Source of the DNA: an uncultured Verrucomicrobiae bacterium
GTDB lineage: Bacteria > Verrucomicrobiota > Verrucomicrobiia > Limisphaerales > J093
Direction: 5' to 3'
DNA: 64,000 nucleotides
NCBI GenBank assembly: GCA_963846445.1
Contig: CAWJWM010000027.1
Location: forward strand, 250,302 to 314,301
Shown here one piece after another: positions 1 to 20,088 of the stretch (within the stretch, counting starts at the first letter, position 1; each line of letters starts with the position of its first letter). The notes beneath the pieces are model-generated. The model made no database searches and was not told the origin of the DNA. It saw nothing but the letters and a program-made list of their open reading frames with translations. The position numbers and the translations under genes are program-made.

Positions 1-461
1 TGGATGCCGGACTGCAACTTGAGCAGGGCGGACTCGATGTAATGGGCTTTGGCGGCGAGTTCATAGCTGGTCAGCGATCGCCGGCCCAGCAGGTCGAGCG
101 CACCCAGCAACGCGACCGACACCGACGCCGACGTACCGGTCGATGCCCCCGCGGGCGCAGCCGAGAAGATCGTCACGTCCAAATGCAAGCCCGCCGGCAA
201 TCGGAACAGGCGGAAACCGGCTTCGATCAGCGGGTGTTTGGTCCACGTGCGCGCCCGCCGTTTAAGCGCATAGGTATCCCGGTAATTCTCGGCGTGAATG
301 GTGATTTGCGGATCGCGCGGACGCTTTGATCCGGCCACCACCGTCACCTCGACTGGCGGGAAGACCGCGATATTGAGGACCTTGCCCGAGCCGGCAAACC
401 ACGTGTCTGTCCATCCGCCCAGATCGCAAATCCGGATCGGCGCGCTGCATTGTATGATCAT
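1..461 (-). CDS. GHMP-family sugar kinase (HddA/heptose-7-phosphate kinase-like), runs off the left edge
   Basis: Manual translation from ATG at 461 gives MIIQCSAPIRICDLGGWTDTWFAGSGKVLNIAV, and later the GHMP glycine-rich loop PAGASTGTSAS. Confidence 0.8.
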   Translation of the reverse strand, partial: MIIQCSAPIRICDLGGWTDTWFAGSGKVLNIAVFPPVEVTVVAGSKRPRDPQITIHAENYRDTYALKRRARTWTKHPLIEAGFRLFRLPAGLHLDVTIFSAAPAGASTGTSASVSVALLGALDLLGRRSLTSYELAAKAHYIESALLKLQSGI

Positions 462-464
462 GTT

Positions 465-626
465 TAGAATCCTTGACCGGTCAAAGGTGCTGTGAACAAC
501 TCAAGTTTGTGTGCTCCGTTGAAGGGGTCAAGGATTCTCCAGAGCGAGGCGCAAAAGAAGCGTGAGGGAAAACACGGGTCTGATTCATAACAGTGAGCAT
601 TGGACTGGTCTGAGGCGCGCCTCGCT
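465..626. repeat. Bipartite hairpin MITE/REP-like element (units B+A), copy 1
   Basis: TAGAATCCTTGACC...GGTCAAGGATTCT (465-538) followed by AGCGAGGCGC...GCGCCTCGCT (543-626). The same element occurs at 28509, 41517 and 43432. Confidence 0.85.
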
Positions 627-659
627 GGAATCGCAGGGTGCGGCAAACTCCCGACGGCA

Positions 660-10357
<9,698 letters not shown>

Positions 10358-10958
10358 GTGGCGAATCAAAAAACGCTTGTTCTGAGCAAATCGCGAGCCA
10401 GAGTGATTCCCTTTTCTCGAGGCTGTTGTCAATGAGCCCGGTGTCTGCCCCGCCCCGCAGCGCTCTGGAGTTTGGACCTGTTTCGCGTTGGACTTCCTCG
10501 CGACCCATGATTGCACAGTTCGTCGATCTGTGGCGAACAGCACCAAGAGCGAGGAGGGTCTCCCTGGACAGATGGGAGGGTGTACGACAAGCGCTCGACA
10601 ACGCGGTATGTCTGGCGCAGCACTCCCAGTCCTGGGACAAACGACACGGGGTGACCGATCAGTTGTTGCGCGCTTCTCTGGACCCAATTGCATCGATGCT
10701 GCGTGGCTTGGTCTCGGGCTGATCGAACAGAGCCTGCCCGACGATGAAGTGCGTGATGAGGTGTGCGATGAAGACCCTGCAACCACATCGACAAGCATCA
10801 AGAATGTCTGAACTCCAAATCGAGTTGCGAAAGCGGCTTGGCGCGGGTATGTCTTGCCCATGACTCGGGCCGAGATTTGCGGGTCGGCATTCGATCTGTT
10901 TTGGACGCAGGCGGCGTTGGGCACGTGCGTGAGCGGCCGGACTGAGAACCGTGTGCGC

Positions 10959-12098
10959 ATGAAGACGCCGCAGCCTGTGTGGGTCGCCACGACGCGCGAC
11001 CGCGGCGGTCGGGTTTTGCGCACTCCGGAGAGCCCGCTGGCGGAGGCATTGGACCGGCACACGACGGTTGGGCGGCTCTGGCGGGCCGAGGGCGACAAGG
11101 TTCGATGTGTCGCTTGCGGTCACCGCTGCCTGATCGCGCCGGGCCGGCGGGGCGTGTGCAAGGTGCGCTACAACGACGCCGGGCAGTTGCGCGTGCCCTT
11201 CGGCTACGTCTCGAGCGCGGCGTGCGATCCGGTCGAGAAGAAGCCGTTCTTCCACGTGTTGCCTGGCAGTGGCGCGCTGACTTTCGGGATGTTAGGCTGC
11301 GACTTCCACTGTTCCTACTGTCAGAACTGGATCACCAGCCAGGCATTGCGCGACGAGTCCGCCGGGGCGCGGATCCAGCCAACGACCCCCGAACAGTTGG
11401 TCGGGGCGGCGCAACGCGAGGGAGCGCGGCTGATGGTGTCGAGCTACAACGAACCGCTCATCACGGCCGAGTGGGCGGCGGAGGTCTTCGCGCGCGCCAA
11501 ACCGGCGGGCCTGGTGTGCGCTTTCGTGTCGAACGGCAATGCCACGCCGGAAGCGCTCGACTTTCTGCGGCCCTGGCTGGGCGCGCTCAAGATCGACCTG
11601 AAGACCTTCGACGACCGCCGGTACCGATCGCTGGGCGGCACGTTGGCGCGTGTCACCGAGACGATCCGCGAAGCGCATGCCCGCGGAATCTGGGTCGAGG
11701 TGGTGACGCTTGTGGTTCCCGGGTTCAACGACACCGAGGCGGAATTGCGCGCGATGGCGCGTTTCCTGGTTTCGGTGAGCGCGGATATTCCGTGGCACGT
11801 GACGGCATTTCATCCGGACTATCGGATGACAGGGCCGCGCGCCACCGAGGCGGACGACCTGGCGAACGCGGCGGAGATCGGCGTAGCGGAGGGCCTGCGT
11901 TTCGTTTACGCGGGCAACCTGCACGGACGTGTCGGTGCCTGGGAAGACACGCGGTGTCCGGGATGCGGCGAATTGCTGGTGCGGCGTCGCGGATTCCAGG
12001 TGATCCAGGACAGGCTGAGCCCGGGCGGATGTTGTCCGCGCTGCGGACGGGTGATCCCCGGGATCTGGAGGGCGGGGGACAAGCCGGGGCAGGCCTGA
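10959..12098 (+). CDS. amrS: AmmeMemoRadiSam system radical SAM enzyme
   Basis: VRCVACGHRC..GVCKVR, DPVEKKPFFH, CxxxCxxC motif GCDFHCSYCQNW, SYNEP, C-terminal CPGCG/CPRCG. Confidence 0.9.
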   Translation: MKTPQPVWVATTRDRGGRVLRTPESPLAEALDRHTTVGRLWRAEGDKVRCVACGHRCLIAPGRRGVCKVRYNDAGQLRVPFGYVSSAACDPVEKKPFFHVLPGSGALTFGMLGCDFHCSYCQNWITSQALRDESAGARIQPTTPEQLVGAAQREGARLMVSSYNEPLITAEWAAEVFARAKPAGLVCAFVSNGNATPEALDFLRPWLGALKIDLKTFDDRRYRSLGGTLARVTETIREAHARGIWVEVVTLVVPGFNDTEAELRAMARFLVSVSADIPWHVTAFHPDYRMTGPRATEADDLANAAEIGVAEGLRFVYAGNLHGRVGAWEDTRCPGCGELLVRRRGFQVIQDRLSPGGCCPRCGRVIPGIWRAGDKPGQA

Positions 12099-12104
12099 GG
12101 GCGA

Positions 12105-12959
12105 GTGAACTTCTACGACGCCCACAACCACCTGCAGGATGAACGCTTCGAAGGCCGGCAATCGGCGCTGATCGCCGATTGCGTCCGGGTCGGAGTCAGG
12201 CGCATGGTCGTGAACGGTTCGTGTGCCGGCGACTGGTCGCGCGTTCTGGCCCTGGCACGGCAGCACCCACAAGTCATTCCCAGCTTCGGATATCATCCCT
12301 GGTATGTCGGCGAGCGCACGTCCGACTGGACGTCGGACCTGGCGCGGTTTTTGGATGCGGTTCCTTCCGGGGTGGGCGAGATCGGACTCGATCGGTGGAA
12401 ACGTGGACTGGCTTATTCCTCGCAAGAAGCAGTATTCGCCGACCAACTGCGCGTGGCCGCGGAGCGCAACCGTCCCGCGAGCATCCATTGCCTGCAGGCC
12501 TGGGGGCGGCTCGAATCCTTGCTCGAGTCAAACCCGCGTCCGGCGTGCGGATTTCTCCTGCACAGTTACGGGGGGCCGCTGGAGAGGGTGGCGTCCTTAG
12601 CGCGGCTCGGCGCCTATTTCAGCTTTCCCGGCTATTTCGCGCGACCGGGAAAGGAGCGGCAGCGGCAGGCGTTTCGGGCTGTGCCCCCGGAACGGTTGCT
12701 GATCGAGACCGACGCGCCGGACCAGTGTTTGCCGGATGAACTGACGCAGTTTCCGCTGCGCGCCGGTAGCGCCGAGGAAACGGCGATTCCGCCTGGCGAG
12801 AGTTCGGTGGAGACTCTGTCTGTTCCGCCGCGTCGGCTGAACCACCCGGCGAACCTGGCCGCCGTGTACGAGTATGCCGCCCGGATGCTGGGCGATCCGG
12901 TCGAAACCCTGGCGGCGCGGGTCGAGGAGAATTTCCATCGATTATTTCGCGGGCTGTGA
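12105..12959 (+). CDS. TatD-family hydrolase/DNase
   Basis: DAHNHL, GYHPW, GEIGLD, SIHC, LHSY, LIETDAPD, NHPANL motifs. Confidence 0.9.
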   Translation: MNFYDAHNHLQDERFEGRQSALIADCVRVGVRRMVVNGSCAGDWSRVLALARQHPQVIPSFGYHPWYVGERTSDWTSDLARFLDAVPSGVGEIGLDRWKRGLAYSSQEAVFADQLRVAAERNRPASIHCLQAWGRLESLLESNPRPACGFLLHSYGGPLERVASLARLGAYFSFPGYFARPGKERQRQAFRAVPPERLLIETDAPDQCLPDELTQFPLRAGSAEETAIPPGESSVETLSVPPRRLNHPANLAAVYEYAARMLGDPVETLAARVEENFHRLFRGL

Positions 12960-12975
12960 TAGAGCCGCTCCCGCC

Positions 12976-13611
12976 ATGACGAGTCGTTACGTTCTCGAAC
13001 AGTGTGGTGTCGGTATCGCCGCGATCACCGGCGTCATGGCCGCGCGAGGCAAGCAGGTGGACCTCTTCGGGGTGATCGTGCTGGCCCTGGTCACGGCCTT
13101 CGGAGGCGGCACCATCCGGGACGTGGCAATCGGTGATCATCCCGTGTTCTGGGCGAAGGACGCCCATTACGTCTACACGGCGGCCGGAGCCGCGGTCGTG
13201 ACGTTCTTCCTGGCGCGTACGCACGAGATCCCTCTGCGCTCGTTGCAGGTGGCCGACGCGTTCGCGCTGGCGCTCTTCACGATCGTTGGGCTGGTGAAGG
13301 CTTACAGCTTTCATGTCCCGCCGGCCATCGCGGTCATGCTCGGGGTGACCACGGGGGTGGCGGGAGGCATCCTGCGCGATCTCCTGTTGAACGAGATTCC
13401 CCTGGTCTTTCGACCGGACATCTATTTGTACGCCACTGCCGCCTTCGCCGGAGCGGTGCTTTACGTCATCCTGCGGTTCATGCAGATCGATCCCCTGACC
13501 AACATGGTCGTTTCGGTGGCGGCGATCCTCCTGGTGCGTCTGGCGGGCATCCAGTGGAAGCTCGCCCTGCCCGTGTTCAACCCGAAGGACCGATCTCCAG
13601 GCCAGACTTGA
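12976..13611 (+). CDS. Trimeric intracellular cation channel family (UPF0126/YadS-like) membrane protein
   Basis: DLFGVIVLALVTAFGGGTIRD and TGVAGGILRDLLLNEIPLVF duplicated motifs. Confidence 0.88.
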   Translation: MTSRYVLEQCGVGIAAITGVMAARGKQVDLFGVIVLALVTAFGGGTIRDVAIGDHPVFWAKDAHYVYTAAGAAVVTFFLARTHEIPLRSLQVADAFALALFTIVGLVKAYSFHVPPAIAVMLGVTTGVAGGILRDLLLNEIPLVFRPDIYLYATAAFAGAVLYVILRFMQIDPLTNMVVSVAAILLVRLAGIQWKLALPVFNPKDRSPGQT

Positions 13612-13649
13612 GATTGCGATCCAAGAAATCCGAGGGCACCATTGCACTC

Positions 13650-14540
13650 ATGCGCATTCTCATCGGTCTGATCGGAGTCCTGATGCCGGCGTGCCTGTGG
13701 GCCGCCGACGGCCCGGCCTACCGCGCCGCGCGATCTGTGCACCTGGGCTACCCGGCGCCCGAAGGCGACCTGTTCTTTACCGAGATGGTGATCGAGGAAT
13801 CGGTCAATGGCAGTTACTTCATGGCGTGTGGATGGAACACGGGCTATTTCGGCCTTCAACAACTCTGGAAGCCGGAGGACAAGGTGGTGATCTTCTCGGT
13901 CTGGGATCCAACACAGGGCGACGACCCCGGCGTGGTCAAGGCCGAAGACCGGGTCGAGGTCCTCCACGAAGGCGAAGGCGTGCGGATCAAACGCTTTGGC
14001 GGCGAGGGCACAGGCGGGCAATGCATGGCGCCCTTCTCCTGGAAGCTCGGCGGGACCAATCAGTTTCTCCTCAGCGCAGAAGCACAGGACCAAAAGACGG
14101 CCTACACGGCTTGGATCTTCCGCCCTGAGACACAGGCGTGGTGGAAGCTGGCAACCTTCCGAACGCAGACCGGTGGACAGAAGCTCAAAGGATATTACTC
14201 GTTCGTCGAGGATTTTCGGCGCGACGGCAAGAGCGCCCTCGAAGCACGGCGTGCGCGCTATGGCCGCGGCTGGGTCCGCGATGGCGCCGGCGGCTGGACC
14301 CCGCTGGCGAAAGCGCGCTTCACCGCGTCCGGAGCGAGTTGGGAGGCGAAAGAGACAATCGATGCAGGACTGATCGACGGGTGGTTTTACCTGGCCACCG
14401 GCGGCGCGACCCGTCCGTCGCGCGCCCTGCGCAGCATGATCGAGTCAACGAACGCGCCGATCGCTCCGCCTGACTGGTTGCGCGATTTCTTCGCTCCTGC
14501 GCCTCGAAACAACCCGGCGCAGACGCGCCTCGCTCCTTAG
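13650..14540 (+). CDS. Secreted DUF3472/DUF5077-like protein
   Basis: Signal peptide; ARSVHLGY, SYFMACGWNTGYFGLQQ, VIFSVWD, FGGEGTGGQ, YSFVEDF. Confidence 0.75.
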   Translation: MRILIGLIGVLMPACLWAADGPAYRAARSVHLGYPAPEGDLFFTEMVIEESVNGSYFMACGWNTGYFGLQQLWKPEDKVVIFSVWDPTQGDDPGVVKAEDRVEVLHEGEGVRIKRFGGEGTGGQCMAPFSWKLGGTNQFLLSAEAQDQKTAYTAWIFRPETQAWWKLATFRTQTGGQKLKGYYSFVEDFRRDGKSALEARRARYGRGWVRDGAGGWTPLAKARFTASGASWEAKETIDAGLIDGWFYLATGGATRPSRALRSMIESTNAPIAPPDWLRDFFAPAPRNNPAQTRLAP

Positions 14541-14662
14541 AATCCTCCGTTCCGCTTCGCGGAACACTTGACTGTTTTGTTCAGATGTTGGGCAGATGGA
14601 GCAGGTTAGCGAGGCTCGACCGTGAATTGATCACACCCAGCTCAGGGCTTCGAGGATTCCAG
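14525..14662. repeat. Degenerate copy of the A/B hairpin element
   Basis: CGCGCCTCGCTCCTTAGAATCCT (the A/B junction, supplying the TAG stop of the upstream gene), AACACTTGACT interior and AGGATTC end. Confidence 0.55.
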
Positions 14663-14668
14663 CGCGGG

Positions 14669-15220
14669 TCACTTCACGAAGCCGCGCGCCTGCAGCCAAA
14701 ACACGCAGTCGCGCGCCCATGGGTGGACATTGTGGAAAGGCGGCTTGTCCGCGAGTCCGATGCCGTGTTGTCCCTTCTGGTACACGTGCAGATCGAAAGG
14801 CACCTTGGCCTGGCGGAGCGCCGCGGCGAACTCGAGGCTGTTCTCGACCGGCACACCCGCGTCTTCCCACGTGTGCCAGACGAAGCAAGGCGGCGTCTCG
14901 GGGGTGACCTGCAACTCGTTTGACAAAAGGCGGACCAACTCGGGCGAAGGGTCTGGGCCCAGGAGGTTTCGCTTGGTTCCCTGGTGGGTGTGTTGGCCGA
15001 AGGTGATCACCGCGTAGCAGAGAATCCCCAGGTCGGGGCGCGAGCTTTCCCGTTCGATGGGGTCGTTCGCATCCGCCTGGCCCGCGTCGAAATGCGTGAG
15101 CAGCGTCGAGGCCAGGTGCCCTCCGGCGGATAAACCCATGATGCCGACGCGCCGCGGGTCGATGCCCCATGCGGCGGCCTTGGCCCGGACCAACCGAAGT
15201 GGCGCCGCTGCACGGCGCAA
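14669..15220 (-). pseudogene. Alpha/beta hydrolase (acetyl/feruloyl esterase-like), N-terminus missing
   Basis: GIDPRRVGIMGLSAGGHLA (GxSxG), D..VPVENS, HGIGL. The usual N-terminal ~100 aa are absent. Confidence 0.75.
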
Positions 15221-15374
15221 AAACTTGACTCAATGACGACAGATTTCATCGAGGGAGTCATTCTAGCCGATTCCCGGCCGGCAGGGAAGCTCGATCCCAG
15301 AACGAAATGAAGAACGAAATGAAACCTTGCATCCGACCGCAAAAGGTCTATTGTCGCTCCTGCTTTTTCGGGAA

Positions 15375-15451
15375 GCGAGCGTAGCTCAGTCTGGTAGAGC
15401 GCAACCTTGCCAAGGTTGATGTCGAGGGTTCGAATCCCTTCGCTCGCTCCA
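15375..15451 (+). tRNA. tRNA-Gly (GCC)
   Basis: GCGAGCG acceptor stem pairs with CGCTCGC; D arm TAGCTCAGTCTGGTAGAGC; anticodon arm CAACC-TTGCCAA-GGTTG; T loop GTTCGAATC; encoded CCA. Confidence 0.97.
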
Positions 15452-15498
15452 TTCTCTACCAGCCACTTGCGTCGATTTTTTGACGTCAGTTCCAATGC

Positions 15499-15522
15499 GC
15501 TTCTATACTGTGCTTCTATACT
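15499..15522 (+). promoter_or_regulatory. Tandem 11-bp direct repeat, probable integrase arm-binding sites
   Basis: GCTTCTATACT at 15499-15509 and 15512-15522, between the tRNA and the integrase start. Confidence 0.5.
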
Positions 15523-15531
15523 TTCGGAGTC

Positions 15532-15808
15532 ATGAAACAGCACGCGCGCAGTGGACGATTCGTCCGGGTGGCCGAGAACCTTTACCGGTATTCCAGCAGC
15601 AAAACCTACTACGCCGTATTCCGCCGGCGTGGGCTTGGCCGAGTGCGCCAACTTGAAGGGTGAGCAAATCGACTTCGAGGGGGGCAAGATCTGGCTTTTC
15701 CGAAGCAAGACGGACACCGGCTATGCCATCCCGATCTTCCCCCAACTGCGCGGCTTGTTGGAACGGTACGATACTGAGGGTCGGCTTGAGACCGGTCTCT
15801 GCTCATGA
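15532..15808 (+). pseudogene. Tyrosine integrase relic with large internal deletion
   Basis: N-terminus MKQHARSGRFVRVAENLYRYSSSKTYYAVFRR joined out of frame to the catalytic-core fragment AECANLKGEQIDFEGGKIWLFRSKTDTGYAIPIFPQL; located just 3' of the tRNA. Confidence 0.75.
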
Positions 15809-16956
15809 GAATCTGGTGGCGGATCTGGACATTCGTGTTCTGCGCGGTTGCTGCGGGTGCGGCGGCTCAAACAAACGTGGTCTTCAACGCTTCGTTTGAA
15901 TCCAGCGCGCCCAACTCGGACGCCCCCGACGGCTGGTCGTCCGCAGGCAATCCCGCCGTGAAGCAACAGCTTGTCTTCGACACGGGCCGCGACGGTCAGC
16001 GTTGCGCCAAGCTCGAATGCACCGACTTCAGCGGCGACGACCCGGATTACCACGCGATGATCTGCCAGTCTGGTACAAAGGAACGGGCGCGCTTTGGATG
16101 GACGACGTGGAACTCGTGGAGTCGGGGGTGGGCCAGCAGTGGTTTCCGCAAATCGCGACCGACGGCGTGAAGAATTTCGTGCCGAACAGTAGCTTCGAGT
16201 GCGGGGCGGGAAACTGGGGCAGCTACACCTGGGGATTGAGCGGCTGGGCGGGCAACCTGTACCGGCTCGAAGGCGTACTCGATGGTGCCGTGGCCCAACA
16301 ATGGCCGGCACTCGCTTCGGATCTCGCTGAACGCTTCAACACTGCCTGTGTTCTGGTTCGATTATTACGAGCCGGTTCGCCAACCCGTGCGCCGCGTCTT
16401 GGCGGCCAACCGCGGCTGGTTCCGGGTGAAGCCCGGTGAGCGGCTCACGCTGTCGGCCTGTCTGCGGGCCGATGTCGACGCGGTGACCGCGCAACTCGCT
16501 GCCGTGCAACCCGGCGACCGCAACCTGTGCAAGGCTGCTGTCGTTGGGCGCGAGTGGACGCGGCAGGAGTTCAGCTTTGTCCCGTCACAGCCCTTTCTGT
16601 TCGTCGCCGTCGGCCTTGACTTGGAGGCCTCCAAAGTCGACGCGGCGAGCCTGTGGGTGGATGCGGTTCAGTTGGAGCGGGGGGCGCAAGCTACCGCCTA
16701 CCACCCACGCCAACCGGCGGAATCGTTCCTTGAGTCCCACGCAACGGGGAACATCTTCACCAACGTGCCCCAAGGTTGCGGGTTCACGGTGCACGCGTTC
16801 AACGATGCTGACACATCGACGGAGGTCCGCGGTCGACTGGTGCTGACGGACTTCTTCGATCAGCGAGTCTTTGGGAGCGAACCGAGGATCAAGCTTGCTG
16901 CGCACTCCGGCGGAAGCGTTGCCGTGCAGGGCGCACTCGCGAACCGGTCTACCTGA
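15805..16956 (+). pseudogene. Secreted carbohydrate-binding-module protein fragment (frameshifted, truncated)
   Basis: Signal peptide; repeated N.SFE galactose-binding-like starts; LWMDDVEL and LWVDAVQLE motifs spread across frames. Confidence 0.55.
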
Positions 16957-17467
16957 TCGGCGCCAGTGCTGACGTGATCGAGCGAGCACTGCCTTGAACG
17001 ATGCCGCTGCCACCCGTAGGCACGGTTGCCGGCAGTCAAACACCATTTGCGGTGTCGCGCAGGCGAGTCAGGCCTGGTGCCTCATAATTGACAAGGTGCG
17101 AATGGACCGATTTGCCCTTGCGGAGACCAACGAGGACAGATGCCTCGCCAACGACATCTTGGATGGGACTCGGCGAGAACCGAAACGGACTCCGATGGAC
17201 CCACTTTGGCGGCTCGAGTATCAAATCTCAGTATCAGATCGCAACCGCGAGCCGGAAGCTACCGTGAGAGGGCGCGGTGCAATCCACAGGCCGCGTCCTG
17301 CAAGATCGAGGCGGTGAGCCTGAGTGAGCGCATTGAACACATGGTCTTCAGGCTCAGGTCGGGACATGAGGCAGGCGACGGTTCGGACTCGGCCTGCTGC
17401 GTACCGGCCACGCAGTTGACGTCGTGGCCAGCAGCTCGGGTATTGGCCACCGATCTTGAAGGAGGAA

Positions 17468-17835
17468 TCGGCAGACCGATGATCGCGGTCGGGTTGCCGT
17501 CCTGGTAGGTGGCGACCCGCTTGGCGATTTCCTCGGCCAGGATGGTGAACTTGAAACCATGCACCACGAAGACACGAAGGTCGCGAAGGCTGGCGTGAAA
17601 GGGGGTGGAGCGGCAAGCCGTGGCCAGACCTCAGCGACAGATGGGAGTCCGGACTTCGTGCTCTCGGTGCCTTCGTGGTGGCTCTCTTGTCGAAAGCCAG
17701 ACTTGCTGACGCGCCTCGTTTGTGCGATACGTCCGCCATCGCCACCACGAGCCGCTGACTCGCTTCGGTTCAGCCAACGACCCGCGCGCAAGGACAAATG
17801 GGGAGACAACCATAAACTGATCCCGCTATGAAGAC
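17468..17835. repeat. ~370-bp direct repeat R copy 1 (5' tail-gene relic 1 + palindrome + start of cargo gene)
   Basis: Aligns by eye with 19721-20088 at offset 2253. Contains the CACCACGAAG...CTTCGTGGTG palindrome (17562-17680) and ends in ATGAAGAC. Confidence 0.9.
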
Positions 17836-19484
17836 GCGAAACGCGATCAAGAGGTCAGCGAAACCGGACAACACGCCAACCAATCATTCACACTGCCGAG
17901 CTTGGCGGCTCCTGCCGCTGCTGCTGCTTTTGATGTTGGCGGCCACGGTGCAGGCCCAGTGCAACTACACCGTCAGTCAGGGCAAGGTTGCGATTACGGG
18001 ATACACCGGCCCCGGCGGTGACGTGACCATCCCGGACACGATCGAGGGCCTGCCGGTCACCAGCATCGGGTACGGGGCGTTCTCTTCGTGCACCGGCCTG
18101 ACCAGCATCATGATCCCCGACAGCGTCACCAGCATCGGGGACCTGGCGTTCTCGTGGCTGCACCGGCCTGACCAGCATCGCGATCCCCGACAGCGTCACC
18201 AGCATCGGGGGCGGGGCGTTCTATGGCTGCACCAGCCTGACCAGCGTCATCGATCGGCAACGGCGTCACCAGCATCGGGGAGGAGGCGTTCAGGGACTGC
18301 ACCGGCCTGACCAGCATCACGATCCCCGACAGCGTCACCAGCATCGAGAACGGCGGCGTTCTCATGACTGCAGCCGGCCTGACCAGCGTCACGATCCCCA
18401 ACAGCGTCACCAGCATCGGGGACTCGGCGTTCTCTGGCTGCACCAGCCTGACGAGCGTCACGATCCCCGACAGCGTCACCAGCATCGGGGGCATGGCGTT
18501 CTCTTCCTGCACCAGCCTGACCAGCATCACGATCCCCAACAGCGTCACCAGCATCGGGTACGGGGCGTTCTCTTCGTGCACCGGCCTGACCAGCATCGCG
18601 ATCCCCGACAGCGTCACCAGCATCGGGGACGGGGCATTCGCGAACTGCACCGGTCTGATCAGCATCGAGATCGGTAACGGTGTAACCGCAATCCCAGGCA
18701 GGTGGTGCTTCCTTTTTTGTGGTGGCTGTTATGGACAAGGATTGCTAGAAGGATGCAGCGTCCTGACCAGCGTGACGATCGGCAACAGCGTCACTAGCAT
18801 TGAGGGTTGGACGTTCGCAGGCTGCACCAGCCTGACAAGCATCACCATCCCCAACAGCGTTACGCTCCTCGGGGGCCACGCGTTTGAGGGATGCACCAGC
18901 CTGACGAACGTCACGATCCGGGAAAAGCATCACCAGCATCGCAGAGAGGACGTTCTCTGGTTGCACCAGCCTGATCGGCATCATAATCCCCGACAGCGTC
19001 ACCAGCATCGGGGACTCGGCGTTCGAGAACTGCACCAGTCTGACCAACGTCACGATTGGCAACGACGTCACCGGCATCGTTGGTGCGCGTTCGCAGGCTG
19101 CACCGGCCTAGGGAACGTCTACTTCCAGGGGAACGCGCCCGAGGATTGGGGGACATTCGCCGAGTGTCCGGCGACGATTTACTACCTGCCGGGAACCACT
19201 GGTTGGGGAACGACGTACAGCGAACGTCCGACGGCGCCCGTGGGTGCGCCCTGACCCAGTCGATCCTCGATTTCGGCCCGAGCTTCGGCGTGCAGCCCAA
19301 TGGATTCGGCTTCCGGGTCTCCTGGGCCACGAACGCCAACGTGGTCGTCGAAGCTTCAGCGGACCTCGCCAGCCCAACCTGGTCCCCGGTGAGCACCAAC
19401 ACCCTGACCGATGGCTGGGTCGACTTCACCGACGCCGAGTGGGCGAAGTACCCGGCCCGGTTCTACCGCGTGCGGGGGGAGTGA
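17828..19484 (+). CDS. BspA-type leucine-rich repeat (LRR_5) surface protein with C-terminal FYRV module; frameshifted
   Basis: Signal peptide; ITGYTGPGGDVTIPDTIEGLPVTSIG; ~23-aa repeats TSITIPNSVTSIGxxAFxxCTSL; ends FTDAEWAKYPARFYRVRGE. Confidence 0.88.
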
Positions 19485-19492
19485 CACACACC

Positions 19493-19820
19493 TCACGCCG
19501 CCGGCACCTCCCACACGTACCCGCCGGCGTGGCGCTTGATGTGGCCGGTGGTGACGTTCAGGATCAAGTACCCGGTCGGGATCGTGCCGGTCGACGGATC
19601 GGCGGTGACCGCCGCCGGCCTGATCTGGATCCACGTCCCCGGCGTGCCGGCCACGGTGCAGCCGGCACTCCCCGCCCAGCGCATCGCGCCAGAACTCGGC
19701 CAGGACGAGCGTCCCGGAGGTCGGCGGGCCGATGATCGTGGTCGGGCTGCCGTTCTGGTACGTGGCGACGCGCTTGGCGATTTCCTCGGCCAGGATGGTG
19801 AAGTTGAAACCATGCACCAC
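19493..19820 (-). pseudogene. Phage tail-fibre-like gene relic 2
   Basis: AEEIAKRVATYQNGSPTTIIGPPTSG..EFWRDALGGE..CTVAGTPGTWIQIRPAAVTADPSTGTIPTGYLILNVTTGHIKRHAGGYVWEV. Confidence 0.7.
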
Positions 19821-20088
19821 GAAGACGCGAAGGTCTCGAAGGCTGGCGTGAAAGGGGGTGGAGCGGCAAGCCGTGGCCAGACCTCAGCGACAGATGGGAG
19901 TCCGGACTTCGTGCTCTCGGTGCCTTCGTGGTGGCTCTCTTGTCGAAAGCCAGACTTGCTGACGCGCCTCGTTTGTGCGATAGGTCCGCCACTGCCACCA
20001 CGAGCCGCTGACTCGCTTCGGTTCAGCCAACGACCCGCGTGCAAGGAGAACTGGGGAAACAACCATCAACTGATGCCGTTATGAAGAC
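19721..20088. repeat. ~370-bp direct repeat R copy 2
   Basis: Near-identical to 17468-17835. Confidence 0.9.

Noticed and set aside
10380-10950. Small ORFs between the giant gene and amrS
   Set aside because: No recognisable motif or consistent frame; treated as intergenic or decayed sequence.
17140-17180. Third attI-like box (minus strand TCCCATCCAAGATGTC-GTTGGC)
   Set aside because: The similarity is weak and no cassette ORF follows.
18040-19120. Regular ~69-bp repeats as a CRISPR array
   Set aside because: They are coding LRR repeats without unique spacers, and no cas genes are present.
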